Below, piece by piece: positions 24,520-36,111 of a DNA stretch of 64,000 bases (position 1 is the first letter of the stretch; each line of letters opens with the position of its first letter). Source of the stretch: Diplonema japonicum. Taxonomy: Eukaryota > Protista > Euglenozoa: Diplonemea. Location: contig OZ025697.1 of assembly GCA_964019335.1 (NCBI GenBank), positions 1-64,000 on the forward strand, in the 5' to 3' direction. Both the position numbers and the translations under genes were made by a program. The notes beneath the pieces are model-generated. The model was not told the origin of the DNA. It made no database searches and saw nothing but the letters and a program-made list of their open reading frames with translations.

Positions 24520-24696
24520 CCTGCAGAGGGGGGGGTTTTCTTTCATGCATCGTATTTTCTTTGCAAGAAAAATACAAATAAAATCCAAATGAAAAGAAAA
24601 GGCGATGTTAAGGGCAAATCCCAATTGAGGACTACCCTTAAAGAAAATAAGAAAATGCACACAACAAGGCCGGATCGAAGATAAAGTGGGAATGAA

Positions 24697-24735
<39 letters not shown>

Positions 24736-24856
24736 GGGAAATCAAGAAGGGAAAAAAAAGGAAAAAAATCCTGTGGCAAAAGCACGGAGGGGAAGAAGAA
24801 GAAAAAAAAGGGGGGAAACCCTTCCCCCTCCCCTCCAATAGGGAGCAAACAAATTA

Positions 24857-25043
24857 CGCACCATATCTCTAAAACCTGTTAAAGCAAAGATTAAATGTGT
24901 GCTCAAAGGGGGCTAGTTTTCCGAATACTTTTAGAAAAAAAACCCCGCCTGAAAACAAATTTCCGAAAAGGGAGATGCTGAGCAGTATTTGTTGGAAAAA
25001 AAGAAAAAAAAAAACATTCCCGGTTTTAGAGATAAGATGCGCG
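24857..25043. mobile_element. MITE, CGC...ATCTCTAAAAC family
   Basis: TIR CGCACCATATCTCTAAAACC / GGTTTTAGAGATAAGATGCGCG with TA flanks. Confidence 0.7.
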
Positions 25044-25224
25044 TATAATACGGTATAATAAAAGAAGGGGCAAACGGAAGAAAAGGGAAGTGTGGGTATT
25101 GTGTACTGTGCGCGGGAGGGGGAGGGGGGGTTAATTTTTTTCTTCTTCTTCATTTTCTTTCTAAAAAAAATACAAGGAGAGGAAAAAAAATAAAAAGTGA
25201 AAACTGCTGGGGGTGAAACGATAA

Positions 25225-27422
25225 CGCTCTATATTCGCTAAGTGACCCACCAGAACCCGCATTTTGAAGAGCTAAAAAAATTTCTAATTGCTTTTTCTAG
25301 GGCTGGAATGGATTTATTTGCGTCCGGGGCCCAATGTTCGACATATGGAATTTTTTTTTGTAATACCTTACTTTGTACTATACAAAATGAAGCAGCTCCG
25401 GTGGAAAAAACACGGCACAAGTGGGGTTCGAACCCTGATGAAAAAACCACTGCGTCGGGATTCGAACCCGCGACTCCTGGAACAAGGGGGCCTGACAGGT
25501 GAGCACGGTAACCACTCTACCACACAGGAATTCAAAACTCTGACCCCCCCATCTTTACTCAGGCATCCGGCATAGTGGGTGGAGTAGGTTCCCTTCTTTC
25601 CACACCAGATATCCTCCGCGATACACACTCACGACGCGCTACTTATCTACCTCTTTCCCTGTTCTCGAAGTCTAGTACGAGTTCCATTGTGGTGACTCGT
25701 CTTCCTCGGTCCGTCGTACTACTTCAGCTTCCTGAGCTACTTGATAATGTCTTCTCCGTGCTTCATCATCAGGCTCCCGCTCACGTGCTTCTTCAGCTCC
25801 TACCACTCAGGTGGTGTGCATGAGCGTTTCCTTCCGTTATCTGTTCCAGGGGTGCGTCGTGTACGTTTCTAGCATTCTCTTGTCCTGGAGAAGCTGGTCT
25901 CGCTTTGCCACCACTTCCAGCAGGTAGTACTGCGTCTTCCTCAGCCGGTGTTGGTGTGATCGATGACCAACACAGAATAATGATGAAAAGAAACTAGTAC
26001 ACTGAAGAGTAGGGGTCACCAGAAAAATCTGTTGTTTCTTCAGACGCTTGATCCACCCGAAGTAGAACAGCAGGAAGGGGAGGAAGGAGGTACTGATGTC
26101 TTCTTCTTTACTTTCTGTTGTCGCTACTGTCTTTGCTGCTGCTACTGCTGCTGTTACTGTTGTTGCTGCTGCGTTGGGGAGGTTGTCCATGTCCTCTGTT
26201 GTGCCTCGGGTGGCCCTCCCCTGCTTCCTCGGTCTTGTGCTTCTTGTACAAGATGAGGCTGGGGTGCCATCCTTTGTTTTTGCCTGCATATGGCACTTCC
26301 ACCCCGTCTGCTCTGAGATTTCACTTCTTGCCCTCTTTTGTGTTGTGGACCCGGTAGTGGAGCTCCTTGTGGCTGTACTCCGCTATCGCGATCCTGTCCA
26401 TCTGGAGTCCTCGTTGTCTGAGGCTCTCTGCTGGCTGGAAGGGCTTGCTTGGTCTTTCCCTTCGAGTTGCCCGTGTACTCTCAGGAGTAGGAAGTATTCT
26501 CCGGTCGTCGTCACTGCTTGTTTCATAGTCTCCGTTCCGTTCAGGCTGGTCATCAAACCAGGGCACGCGGGTCAAGGATCTTCCAACGCAAACGTGACCG
26601 GTGATCGGTGTAATTCCCACATAAGTACCTTCCAAGCAGAAATAACTTCTGCCCCAAAGGCAACGTCACTTTCAAATGACTATGCCATTCCATTTGGACT
26701 GTACGTTGCCCTGTGGTGGACGGCGTAGACGCGCATCTGTCTCTTCAACTATAAACTCCCCTACGGAACCCTCTTTGACCTTCTCGTCATCTCCACCCGT
26801 TTGTATTTGGTGATTACGGCCGAAGTGCAGAGGACAGGACTGTTATGCTTACTGACTAACAACTAACAACCTTACAATGTTAAGAGCTGTCCTTCCCTCA
26901 AAACTGCACTTTTCTCAACTAGACTCCCACAAGCTTACGAAAAGCTTTCACGGAAATACCGGTTTAGGCTGCCGTTTCTCCCCTGTGGTGAGCCTAAAAA
27001 AAAATCCGCTGGAGTGGGGTTTGAACCCGCTTCGCCTAGGTACAGGGCAAAGCCCCCCCCAACTAGACTACTATGCCTTCGAAAATATTTTCGGTTGAAC
27101 TACTGGTCAGGAAGATGCTGGCTTCCGGGATCGAACCCTGTTAACCATGAAAGGGAAAAGTGCCCAGTTGCAAAAGTTTGGCAAAAATGGCCAAAACTCA
27201 AAATGGCGACTTCCAAGGTCATTTTGGTTGGCCCCCAATATTTTTTTTTTGGAAAAATCTTTTTGGAACTTCCTTGGAACTCACCGTTCTTTCATGTTCG
27301 ACATATGGATTTTTTGAAAAAAAAAATTCAATGAACCTTTGGGCATTTTTGGCAATTTTTCCCCTGTAGCCCCCTATAACCCCTTTGGGACATAGGGCGG
27401 GTCACTTAGCGAATATGGAGCG
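25225..27422. mobile_element. Non-autonomous TIR element carrying tRNA-like sequences and a decayed LINE-like segment
   Basis: TIR CGCTC(T/C)ATATTCGCTAAGTGACCC(A/G)CC at both ends, TAA on both flanks, and the subterminal direct repeat ATGTTCGACATATGGA. Confidence 0.85.
25448..25529 (-). pseudogene. tRNA-Asp(GTC)-like pseudogene / Pol III promoter relic
   Basis: TCCTGTGTGGTAGAGTGGTTACC...CCTGTCA...GCGGGTTCGAATCCCGACGCAG has an A box, D-arm, CTGTCA anticodon loop and B box. The anticodon arm has an insertion. Confidence 0.6.
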
Positions 27423-28115
27423 TAAAAAAAAAAAAAAAAAAGTGGGAGCTTCTAAGAAAACGGAGGGAAAGAAACTTCAATCTGAGCAACGTAGGCCGCA
27501 GAAGGGGGTTTCTTCCCCCCTTTTTCTTTTGTTTTCTTTCTTTCCTTCTTCGGGTTGTTAATACAAGACGCATAAACTTCTGGGCTGAACTAAGATTCCT
27601 ACACATGTTCTCCAAGTGTCTCAGGGTTAATATCACCAAAAGGGACGGGTTATAAATGACGAGAATCGTTTTTCTTGTTTTCTTTTTTTTAAAGTATTCC
27701 GTAAACCCGCCGAACCCGGCTTAAGGAAAAACAATCCCAAAAATCCCAGTAGTTAATGATCGCTTTAACCCTGGATACTACTTTGTTACAATCGTTGAAA
27801 AATTGAAGGAACTTCCCTGCTGCTTGTGCAAGGCGGGTCTGACTCACCATAACGATTTGGAAGTGGTACAAAAAAAAGGAAAAGGAATTAAAAGTGGGGG
27901 AGGAGGGGGGGGAGAGAGAGGGTCAAAAAAATAGTTTTTTTTTCCCGTCCCCAGCCCCCGCTTTTTTTTTTTTTTTTTTTTTTTTTTGGGATGGGGTATT
28001 ATAATCTTTTTTTTCTTTTTTTTGTAAATGCGAAAAAAAAAGGGGGGGGAAATGAAGTGAAAAAAAAATTGGACTGAAGAGAGAAGAATAGTAGCCAAAA
28101 AAACAGAAAAAAAAT

Positions 28116-29396
28116 CTAGAAAGCTGAAGTCCCGGTAGGGGCGATAGGTGTCCACCATATAGGGCCCTGTTTGTACATATTAAGTTGCGTAGAGACGAGA
28201 GCTAGAGTCGCATTGTCGCTCACATAGCTGCTTTGCAGGGTGTTGAGGAACTGGGCGGCCTCTTCTTCTTCTTTGCTGCTGTACCTCTTGCCCCTTGGGA
28301 TCCGACGGCTGTAGTGAGGTGTCATTTAAAAAAAAAAAAAAAAACTATTCTTTTAAGGTATGCGTTTTTGCGCTCACCGACCGAGCTGGCATGCCGTCGT
28401 AGGAGTTCCTCCCGTCTGCTAGCTCCGCTGCTGTCATGGCAGCGGATGTCAGAGGGCACGTATGTTTTGATGCAGCCCCAGGTCACCCAGCCAGTAGTGC
28501 CACTTCCCGGTCGAAGCACTTGACAAAATCCAGTGCGAGCGGGGCCTTGTCCTCACCCTTAATGATCAGAGAACGAGCGCTTATCGATACTCATACCTCT
28601 CCTTGAAAGCGGCGTTGGAAGGTCGGTCACTGCTGTCTGCCCCCCTCATCAGCGCGTCGATCTCCCCCAGATCTACCGTCAGCCCGTCGTCCTCCTTTGC
28701 GACTGCCAGTTTTTGAACATCCTTGCCACCTCCTACGATCCGCCGCCTGTCGTCGCGGAAATCAGCCGTCAACCGCTTCCTATATCTTGCTTCGTTCTCA
28801 AGGCGTTGCTGCATCACCGTGTCTCTGTCAGCCTGCTCTGCCGCAGCCTCCAGCTCCCGCAGTCCCTTTAGCGCGGCCTCCAGGCTAGCCCCCCGTAGCA
28901 GGTCCTTGTCCAGCACGACCCCGAGGTGCATCTTCTCCGCCAGATTGACGATGTTCCGCCACGTCCCGTGCAACATCGCCGGCAGCGTCCCTGGCCCGCC
29001 ACGCAGCAGCGCCTCGTTCAGCCCCGTCCTGAGTGCCACGATCTTCCTCCTCAGGCTGCCGTGCATCAAAAAAATATATGTAATATATACCTTCCTCCCT
29101 TAACACCCGTGTCAAGTGCCCTTCGCTGTTCTACATCCCCATGTGCAAACACGCACCTGTCTCCATATGTGCAATTCTTCGACAGGAGCCAGTTCCTTTT
29201 TGATTGGTGGGTGGTACCATTTTTTTACTCATACTTGCATTGCTTTGTTTTGTACTTCTGCGTGTCTATCGCTTTCTTCTGTTCCTCTTCTTCCTCAAAC
29301 CCAAAACCCATGTCGAGCTGTGAGATTGAGTTCCCCCCATCCACCGTGTGTTGTGCATACCCCATGTCCCATCAACGTTTCATCGGTTAAATCCAT
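28116..29396 (-). CDS. CCCH zinc-finger RNA-binding protein (5 exons; not recovered by the ORF track)
   Basis: Spliced product MDLTDETLMGHG|LDMGF...KYKTKQCK|NWLLSKNCTYGDRCVFAHG...GG|SRRIP...SY|GPIWW...SAF* contains C-x8-C-x5-C-x3-H with the KYKT lead-in. Confidence 0.85.
28345..29067 (-). mobile_element. Internally deleted non-LTR retrotransposon fragment inside intron 3 of the CCCH gene
   Basis: GC-rich coding-like block with the RT motif ALDFVKCFDR at ~28508-28539. Ends in a hairpin followed by T17 and is flanked by T-runs. Confidence 0.75.
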
Positions 29397-29482
29397 CTTT
29401 TACCCCCTTCTGTGAAACGGGTTTAGGAGTGCTGTGTCAGAAAATAAAAAAGAAAATAAAACGTTTGTTCGTACAGTTAAGA

Positions 29483-31003
29483 CTAAAGCATGGCACGTAG
29501 GATAGACGTGTTCTCCTGAGATCGCATCTCAGCGGCAATCTGTTCCAGCGACTTGCCCTTCGTCTCGGGTACCTTTTTCATGTAGAACCTCACCGACACC
29601 AAGCTGACGACAGCATAGATCAAGAAGTAGAAGCCCTCGCCAATGGAGTCCGCGACGGAGAGTGCCGAGAGGGCCACGGCCCCAGAGACAAACCGGTTGA
29701 TAAAGGTGACAAAGGTCATGCCTGCTGCACGGTGGCTCAGCGGGATCACTTCGCTGGCTGTTATAAAGGAGAAGGGCCCCAACCCAGCGGAGAAAGTGGC
29801 CATGAACGCGCAAAGCAACACCACAACTGTCGCTGCAGGAAGGTGCAAGGCAAAGGACACAGCGAGGGCACCTATCACAACCGTCATGGATACGGCGCTC
29901 ACACGCAGGTGCCACCGCCTGCCCCTCTTGTCGATGGATGCCATCACCCAAAACTCTGGCAGCAGCTTTGCGGTTCCCACAAGCATGTTGCCCAACAGCT
30001 TCATGTCCCTCTGCTGCATCCCAGCATTATCCAAGAACGTCCCTGCATAATACAGCACTGCCTCCGAACCGGTGATCTGTTGCCAGAACGCCAGCCCATA
30101 AGCCACCCCCATCGTATGACGCAAGTACCCCTCAGTTGGGCTCAGGGCCTCGCACCACCCGACTGAACCATGCGCCTCGGCACGTATGCTCCTGATACAG
30201 TCATCAGTGGCAGCCTCGTCCTTCAGGATGGACAGCAAGATGCTGCGTGCCTTCTGCTCGGACTCTTCACCTGCCGTCTTTTTGAGTAACAACCACCTCG
30301 GCGACTCGGGCAGCCTTACCAAGCACACGGCCACCAGCAGCGGAAACACCGCCCCGACTCCTATCATCACCCGCCAACTCAGCCCTCCAGACGTGTCGCT
30401 TCCACCGTCGCTCTCGGCACCCCCCATCACCTCGACACAGATGAAGCCTACGATATATCCCACTAGGATGCCAGCATTGATCGAGATATCAAAGATACTG
30501 GCGAGCATGCCCCTGACTGAAGGGGGCGTGATCTCGCTGATATAGATAGGGCCGATGACAAAAGAGATCCCTACCCCGAGGCCTGTGACGACCCGGCCTG
30601 CAAGCAAAACTGCAAAGGTAGGTGCCAGTGCCATGGCGGCAGTTCCTATCAAGTACAACGCAGAGCACACGGCAAGCGTCTTGCGCCTGCCAACTGCATC
30701 GGCGATGGATCCGCCTATCAAGGCGCCCACTGCCGCAAGGAAGTTCAACGAGCCCACAACGATGCCCTTCTCCCACGTGGTGAGGTCGAACTCGTCCTGC
30801 ATGCCGTACATGGCGTCTGCCATCACTCCCACGTCGTAGCCGAGCGTGCTGGCAGTCATCGATGCTGCGCACACAACAAACACAAGGTACAGCATGTCGT
30901 ACTTGCTTTCGGGAGCAGGCACAGGCGACTCCTCTCCCTCCTCTCCTTCTCCTTCCTCTTCCACATCGTCTCGTATCAACCCGCATTCATCTGGAAGTCC
31001 CAT
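29483..31003 (-). CDS. MFS sugar/polyol transporter (sugar porter family)
   Basis: GYDVGV, D..GRR, PESPRWL, QQITG, D..GRR and PETKG motifs with a 12-TM pattern. Confidence 0.95.
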   Translation of the reverse strand: MGLPDECGLIRDDVEEEGEGEEGEESPVPAPESKYDMLYLVFVVCAASMTASTLGYDVGVMADAMYGMQDEFDLTTWEKGIVVGSLNFLAAVGALIGGSIADAVGRRKTLAVCSALYLIGTAAMALAPTFAVLLAGRVVTGLGVGISFVIGPIYISEITPPSVRGMLASIFDISINAGILVGYIVGFICVEVMGGAESDGGSDTSGGLSWRVMIGVGAVFPLLVAVCLVRLPESPRWLLLKKTAGEESEQKARSILLSILKDEAATDDCIRSIRAEAHGSVGWCEALSPTEGYLRHTMGVAYGLAFWQQITGSEAVLYYAGTFLDNAGMQQRDMKLLGNMLVGTAKLLPEFWVMASIDKRGRRWHLRVSAVSMTVVIGALAVSFALHLPAATVVVLLCAFMATFSAGLGPFSFITASEVIPLSHRAAGMTFVTFINRFVSGAVALSALSVADSIGEGFYFLIYAVVSLVSVRFYMKKVPETKGKSLEQIAAEMRSQENTSILRAML

Positions 31004-31060
31004 CCTGTAGTCGTTTACTTGAGGCAATATTAATAACGACTTAACTGACTTGACTAATGA

Positions 31061-32893
31061 CTATTTCCTGGCACCCCAAATGAGCGCCATACTCCCGTGT
31101 GATGATGCAAAGACCTTGTGAAGGCATACGCAGCCGGTCGTGGGCAGGATAGTGGTGGGCAGTCCCCCAGCAGCAGCAAGTTTATCCGATTGATAGTCGT
31201 CTTCGGTAACAAACACCTTGACATGCCCCGGTTCATAGTCAGTGCCTTCATAAGAAGCCAGGGCCTCGTCCAGATGGGCAAGTTGTGAGACGGTGTAGCA
31301 CATGTTACCGAAGAATACAGAGACAGTATGCTCCGTAGTAGTGCTGGTGGCAGGGTCTGCTGTGGTGAGGGTTGACATAAGCTGCAGCTCGAAAGCGGCA
31401 AATTTAGGAAGAGCCGTAACAGCGACGACAAGGCAGGGGACGTCTGTGTACCTGGCGGCCCACACGTCGCGCACCTGCGCCACGTCGGCAGGATCTAAAA
31501 CATATGACACACCCAAACCCACACACTCCATGCTGGAGGAAACAATTGGCATAACCGCCTCGTAGCTGAGAAGAGCTCTCTCTGCCTGCATCCTTGCGGC
31601 CTCAGTCCTATCCTCCTCAGCAGGGGTCGCGAGCGTCATAGTGGGAGGGTCCAACCCCAACATGCCAGCGTGCAGTACGGTGCCCCCAATGGTAGTTGCC
31701 TGTGCATAAGGCCCGATGCAAGCAGGAGCCCACTCCGAGATACTCTGCACGTGCAGTACTTCTCGCATTCCTTTGTACAGCATCACATCAAGTGTGACAT
31801 CGTTCTCCTGAGCGCCCACCTCAACAAAGGCTCTCGAAGGTGGGTTCGTGTCGAAGTGCGTGTTGTATCCCTTGTTCACCGCAGCAAATCCTTTGATGCT
31901 CTTCCCGTACACGTGCACGAAACACCCATCTGTGCCCACTGAGTCGACGGTGCTCAGCAGCTCGGCTGTAGTGTCTTCTAAAGAGCCCTTGCTGGGTGCC
32001 GTCAAGCCACTGTGTATCACCCACTGCGCATTGCTGGAGACCCACTTGTGAGATGAAGGTGCCGGGAGTGTCTTCGGAGTGGTGCCGGTGAAAGCATACT
32101 GAGGCGTTGTCTGCACCTTTGCCGGCAGCAGCCTATCGTCTCTTGGCGACTTGGGCACAGCGTCCAGCGAGAACTCCAGCCGTGCGACAGGCGCGAACAT
32201 GTCGTCTGTTTCAACAATGACCTTGGTGTCTGTCATGTCCAGGCGGTCATGGTACATGCTGCAGTCGGTCACGATGGACTCGTACTCGCCACCTTCACCT
32301 GCTGAGTGGCAGTAGTCAAGCGAGGCAAGGTAGTCCTTGAGCTCCGCAAGACTCTTCCCCAGGTGTGACTTCTTCAGGCCCATTGATGCCACCTTGATGA
32401 GCTTCACGTCGTACTCCCTGTCCACGATCTCTGCCACGTAGTCGTCCTGGTTGCGCTGCCAGAGGTACGACAGCGACACGAGGCCTAGACGGGAGCAGAC
32501 AGACTCCACGCGCAGCCTCTGGTAGTTGGAAAGGATGGCACCCGAGCACACAGCCGTTACCTCCGGATGGGCACTTTTCACCTTACAAAGCAGGTCGTAC
32601 AGCCTCTCCACTTCGTCTTCCTTGTCGGTTGGCTTCGTTGAGTACTCCAACGTAGTCACCTTAGATGTGTCCTTTTTGATGGTCCCCTTCACAAGGGGCA
32701 GACGCATGCTTCGGGCGATCGCATCCACATGCGTGTGGCCCACCGTTTGGAAGCAGAACGAGTCCAGCTCCTCAACAGACTCTTGCTCGGGTGCAAGGTT
32801 CGCCAAGCACACCACCTCATGCCCGTACTCGATACACTTCCCAATCGCATTGAGGGAGTCCTTCCCCCCGCTCACAAGGGCTACCACCTTCAT
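31061..32893 (-). CDS. DPH6: Diphthine-ammonia ligase with C-terminal Rid/YjgF-like domains
   Basis: MKVVALVSGGKDS, GAILSNYQRLRVE, GEGGEYE and LHVQSISEWAPACIGPYAQA. Confidence 0.92.
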   Translation of the reverse strand: MKVVALVSGGKDSLNAIGKCIEYGHEVVCLANLAPEQESVEELDSFCFQTVGHTHVDAIARSMRLPLVKGTIKKDTSKVTTLEYSTKPTDKEDEVERLYDLLCKVKSAHPEVTAVCSGAILSNYQRLRVESVCSRLGLVSLSYLWQRNQDDYVAEIVDREYDVKLIKVASMGLKKSHLGKSLAELKDYLASLDYCHSAGEGGEYESIVTDCSMYHDRLDMTDTKVIVETDDMFAPVARLEFSLDAVPKSPRDDRLLPAKVQTTPQYAFTGTTPKTLPAPSSHKWVSSNAQWVIHSGLTAPSKGSLEDTTAELLSTVDSVGTDGCFVHVYGKSIKGFAAVNKGYNTHFDTNPPSRAFVEVGAQENDVTLDVMLYKGMREVLHVQSISEWAPACIGPYAQATTIGGTVLHAGMLGLDPPTMTLATPAEEDRTEAARMQAERALLSYEAVMPIVSSSMECVGLGVSYVLDPADVAQVRDVWAARYTDVPCLVVAVTALPKFAAFELQLMSTLTTADPATSTTTEHTVSVFFGNMCYTVSQLAHLDEALASYEGTDYEPGHVKVFVTEDDYQSDKLAAAGGLPTTILPTTGCVCLHKVFASSHGSMALIWGARK

Positions 32894-32979
32894 TATCCTG
32901 TATGGTGCTGCGGCTGCAACTGATAAAAACTACGTTAAAAAGACAAAGTACCTTAGTAACTAAACTAAACAGATCTGTA

Positions 32980-33716
32980 TTAAACAGCAGGCTCGTAACT
33001 TGACCCATTTAAGTCCCACATGTATGCAAGCAAGAAAAGAAGGTAACAGAGGCAGCCAAATAGAGGAAGCAGGCATGCAGCTGATAAATATGTTATGTAG
33101 GTGAACGAGAGCATGGACAGCACGCACAGTGTCCAGCTTGCTGCCACCAAGAAGGTTGTGTAATCCAGCCTGCGGGCTCCGAACATGACGTCGGCAAGCA
33201 GGCCCTCTGACAGGAGCATCAGGAAGTAGGGGATGATGGCTTTCCAGTTTTCGACCCAGCCGCCTGTTAGGTAAACAAACCACACACTGAGGCTGCTCAT
33301 GATGTGGCTTAGACCCCACGAACAGATCAAAGCGGTTGTCCCCTCATAGACAAAGTCGGGCTTCCGCAGGTCCCTCCACAAGCTGAAGAACCTGTCGTAG
33401 TTCACGATGCACGGTAAGAAAGCGACTGTAAGGTTGATGACAATGCACAGAAAGAGGTACCCAAGCATGGCGGCCATCGACGGAGGGTGGTCGTACCAGT
33501 AGTTCTTGATGCGCACTGCTTCCTTGTAACTGTGGTGTGATTTCTTTTTTTGTTCTTTTTCTGTTTAACATACTGTTCTGACGGCCGCGAGTCCCACGGC
33601 CGCAGGGTGCTCAGGTACTTGTTGAAAACGGCTATCTTCTCGACGCCCTCTGTGGGGTTCACTTCCTTCTTGAAGTACCCCATGACCCCTTTGCCCTTCC
33701 TGCGGTACGTCTCCAT
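32980..33716 (-). CDS. TspO/MBR-like membrane protein (2 exons)
   Basis: Exon METYRRK...SE is joined through a 44-nt GTATG...CACAG intron to HYKEAVRIKNYW. Has L.KP.F, five TMs and LLPL..W.LN. Confidence 0.7.
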
Positions 33717-33797
33717 CTTCCTGCATGGCGTGCGTCAAATACAGTGGCAGAAAATAAATTACACAAAAAAAAAAGGTAAATCACCTCGCCTTCCCTC

Positions 33798-34547
33798 TTA
33801 CGTTGCGGGTTTCTTCCTTCTGATGTTACGCGGCACCAATGAAACGGGGGCTTTGTTTTTCGATATCTGCGCGGCTGCGATGGTGGTGGCGTTGTTGCCC
33901 TCGTACTGGGGGACCTGCTGCGTGCTGTAGTGCGCTTGGAACCGGGGGTCCTTAAGCTGGGTGGCCATGGCCGCGGCCTCGTAGGTGTGGAACTCGATGA
34001 AGCAGTAAACCTTACTGGAGTGCAGGCGGATGTCCTTGATGCCACCGCAAACCTGTATTTTTTTTTTTCCCCCAAAAAAAAACCCCCACACCTCAAATGC
34101 ACCCCGTATGTCCTTGATGCTAGGGATCTTCCCGTCCATGAACTTCACGAACAAAGATTTTGACTTTGTGCGTCCAGTTTTGGGAGCAGCACCACCGGGG
34201 GACTTCTTGTGCTGCACGCTGATCTTCATACCGTCGATGAAGGAGCCGGTGGCACGGAGGGCGTCTTGTGCCGATTGCTTGGTGACGAACTCCACGAAGC
34301 CTATACCCCCCATGTCCCGCTGCACGATGTCGCACTCCCTGACATCACCGTAGGAGCCGAAGAACTCCAACAGTACCTTCTCGTTGGTAGCGTTGGACAG
34401 CCCCGAGACAAACACACAGCAGCCGTTTTTCTCGTTGTCATCCGCTATCTCTTCACTGTCTTTTTCCACCGCTCTGCTCTCCTCTACCCTTTGCCTCTTT
34501 GCCGTGTGCTCATCATCATCGAGTCCTATGTCCCGAGCACTCTTCAT
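33798..34547 (-). CDS. Two-RRM RNA-binding protein
   Basis: VFVSGL...GIGFVEF and LFVKF...YCFIEF. In-frame 39-nt intron (translated VWGFFFGGKKKIQ). Confidence 0.85.
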   Translation of the reverse strand: MKSARDIGLDDDEHTAKRQRVEESRAVEKDSEEIADDNEKNGCCVFVSGLSNATNEKVLLEFFGSYGDVRECDIVQRDMGGIGFVEFVTKQSAQDALRATGSFIDGMKISVQHKKSPGGAAPKTGRTKSKSLFVKFMDGKIPSIKDIRGAFEVWGFFFGGKKKIQVCGGIKDIRLHSSKVYCFIEFHTYEAAAMATQLKDPRFQAHYSTQQVPQYEGNNATTIAAAQISKNKAPVSLVPRNIRRKKPAT

Positions 34548-36111
34548 TTGTGTTTTTTTTTTTCTTCTCACACCCCGCTTTTATTTTTCTTTTGATGTCT
34601 TTTTTTTCTTTTGCATGAGAAAAAAAGAAGAAAGAAAAAAAAACATTTGGAAGAGGAGGGGTAAAAAAAAAAAAAAACAGAATAGCTTTCTTTTTTTTTT
34701 TTTTTCGTTCCGGTTTTTTGTGACTTTTTTTTTGTTTTATTATTTGTTCAATTTTTAGAGATCGGTCGGGTGTTTTATTTATTCGTCTTTTTTTCTTTTT
34801 TCTTTTTTTTTTACTAGCCACCTTTAATTAAAAATGAGTGATGAGGGAGGGGAGGGGGGGGGGGGGGGGGGGAGGGAGGGGCGAAACAAAAAAAAAAAAA
34901 AAAAAGAATGAGGGCAAACTCGAGAATGACCCCTTAAAGAAACAATAATACAAACCACACAAAACAACGTACTATGATCATCGCCAGGGGGGAGAGAAAG
35001 AAAGGAGATTTCCTTTCATATTTCTTTTTTTTTTTTTTTTGCTTATGCAATTTACCTTGTAAAAAGAGGCTTCTGTTGACGTCAATCAGGCTGCCCAATA
35101 TTTTTTTTTTTTTTCATTTGACAATTGTACTAAGAATTTGACTTTAGAGAGAAAAAAATAACAAAAAAAAAAAAAATCCCCCCCCCGCTACTCCTGCTAC
35201 TCTGACAACGCATTTCCTTCGTTTACCTAAAATCTAAAGCAATTTTTCCCCCTCTCGCTTTTTTGCCCTTTCGGGGGGGGGGGAGAGGGTGGGGAAAAAG
35301 AAAAAAAAAACAAAACAAAAAACCTATTTTAGAAGTGTTCTTTGAAACCTTTAAGGAAAAAAAAAAAAGAAAAAAAAAGAGGAGGAAAAAAAATATAATA
35401 ATAGAGCAAAAAAGCTATTGTTTGGCAGTGCAACATTTTAAACCAAACTTTTTTTTTTTTTTTTTTTTTTTGTCAGAAGCGATCCTGCTGGCAACTGTGC
35501 TGTAAAACCTGGATACTGTAAAACCGATAAAGTTCATGGTACCTGCCGAGACCTTGGGTTTCTGACCTTGCAGATGCCCATGCATGGGGTGCGCATCACA
35601 TATCCACAGACGAACTATATCGGTTAATGTCTTGTTTTTCTTTTTCTTTTTCTTTTCTTTCCTAATCACAGTTCGATTATATCAAAAAAAAAAAGGGCAG
35701 ACACAAAAAAAAAAAAACACGAAACACATCATTCTGCCCTTTTATTATTTTTTTGTATAAGAAAGTTTACATTAAAGAAGACGATGACCACCTGAGAGCC
35801 CCCCACCCGCTGCTTCTGCTTGTGGTATTGATTTTCTTTTTTTTTTTTTTTATCTGTCAATGCTTTGCTTTTTCTGCCCTCCGTTTCGTTTCTGTTTCCC
35901 GCTTTTTTCGTGGGAAAAACGCAGAAAAAACTGTGAATCGAGAGCTTATACAAGCATCAAACTATGTTCTCTTTTTTTTTTTTTAAAAAAAAGCTGAATG
36001 GGAAAGAAGGTGAAATGCAGAGATACTAAAAAGGTGAATGAGAACAAAAAAAAAATTGTTTTGTTCTTCTTCTTTTCTGAAGAATTAGTATAAAAAAAAG
36101 GGGGGGGGGAA

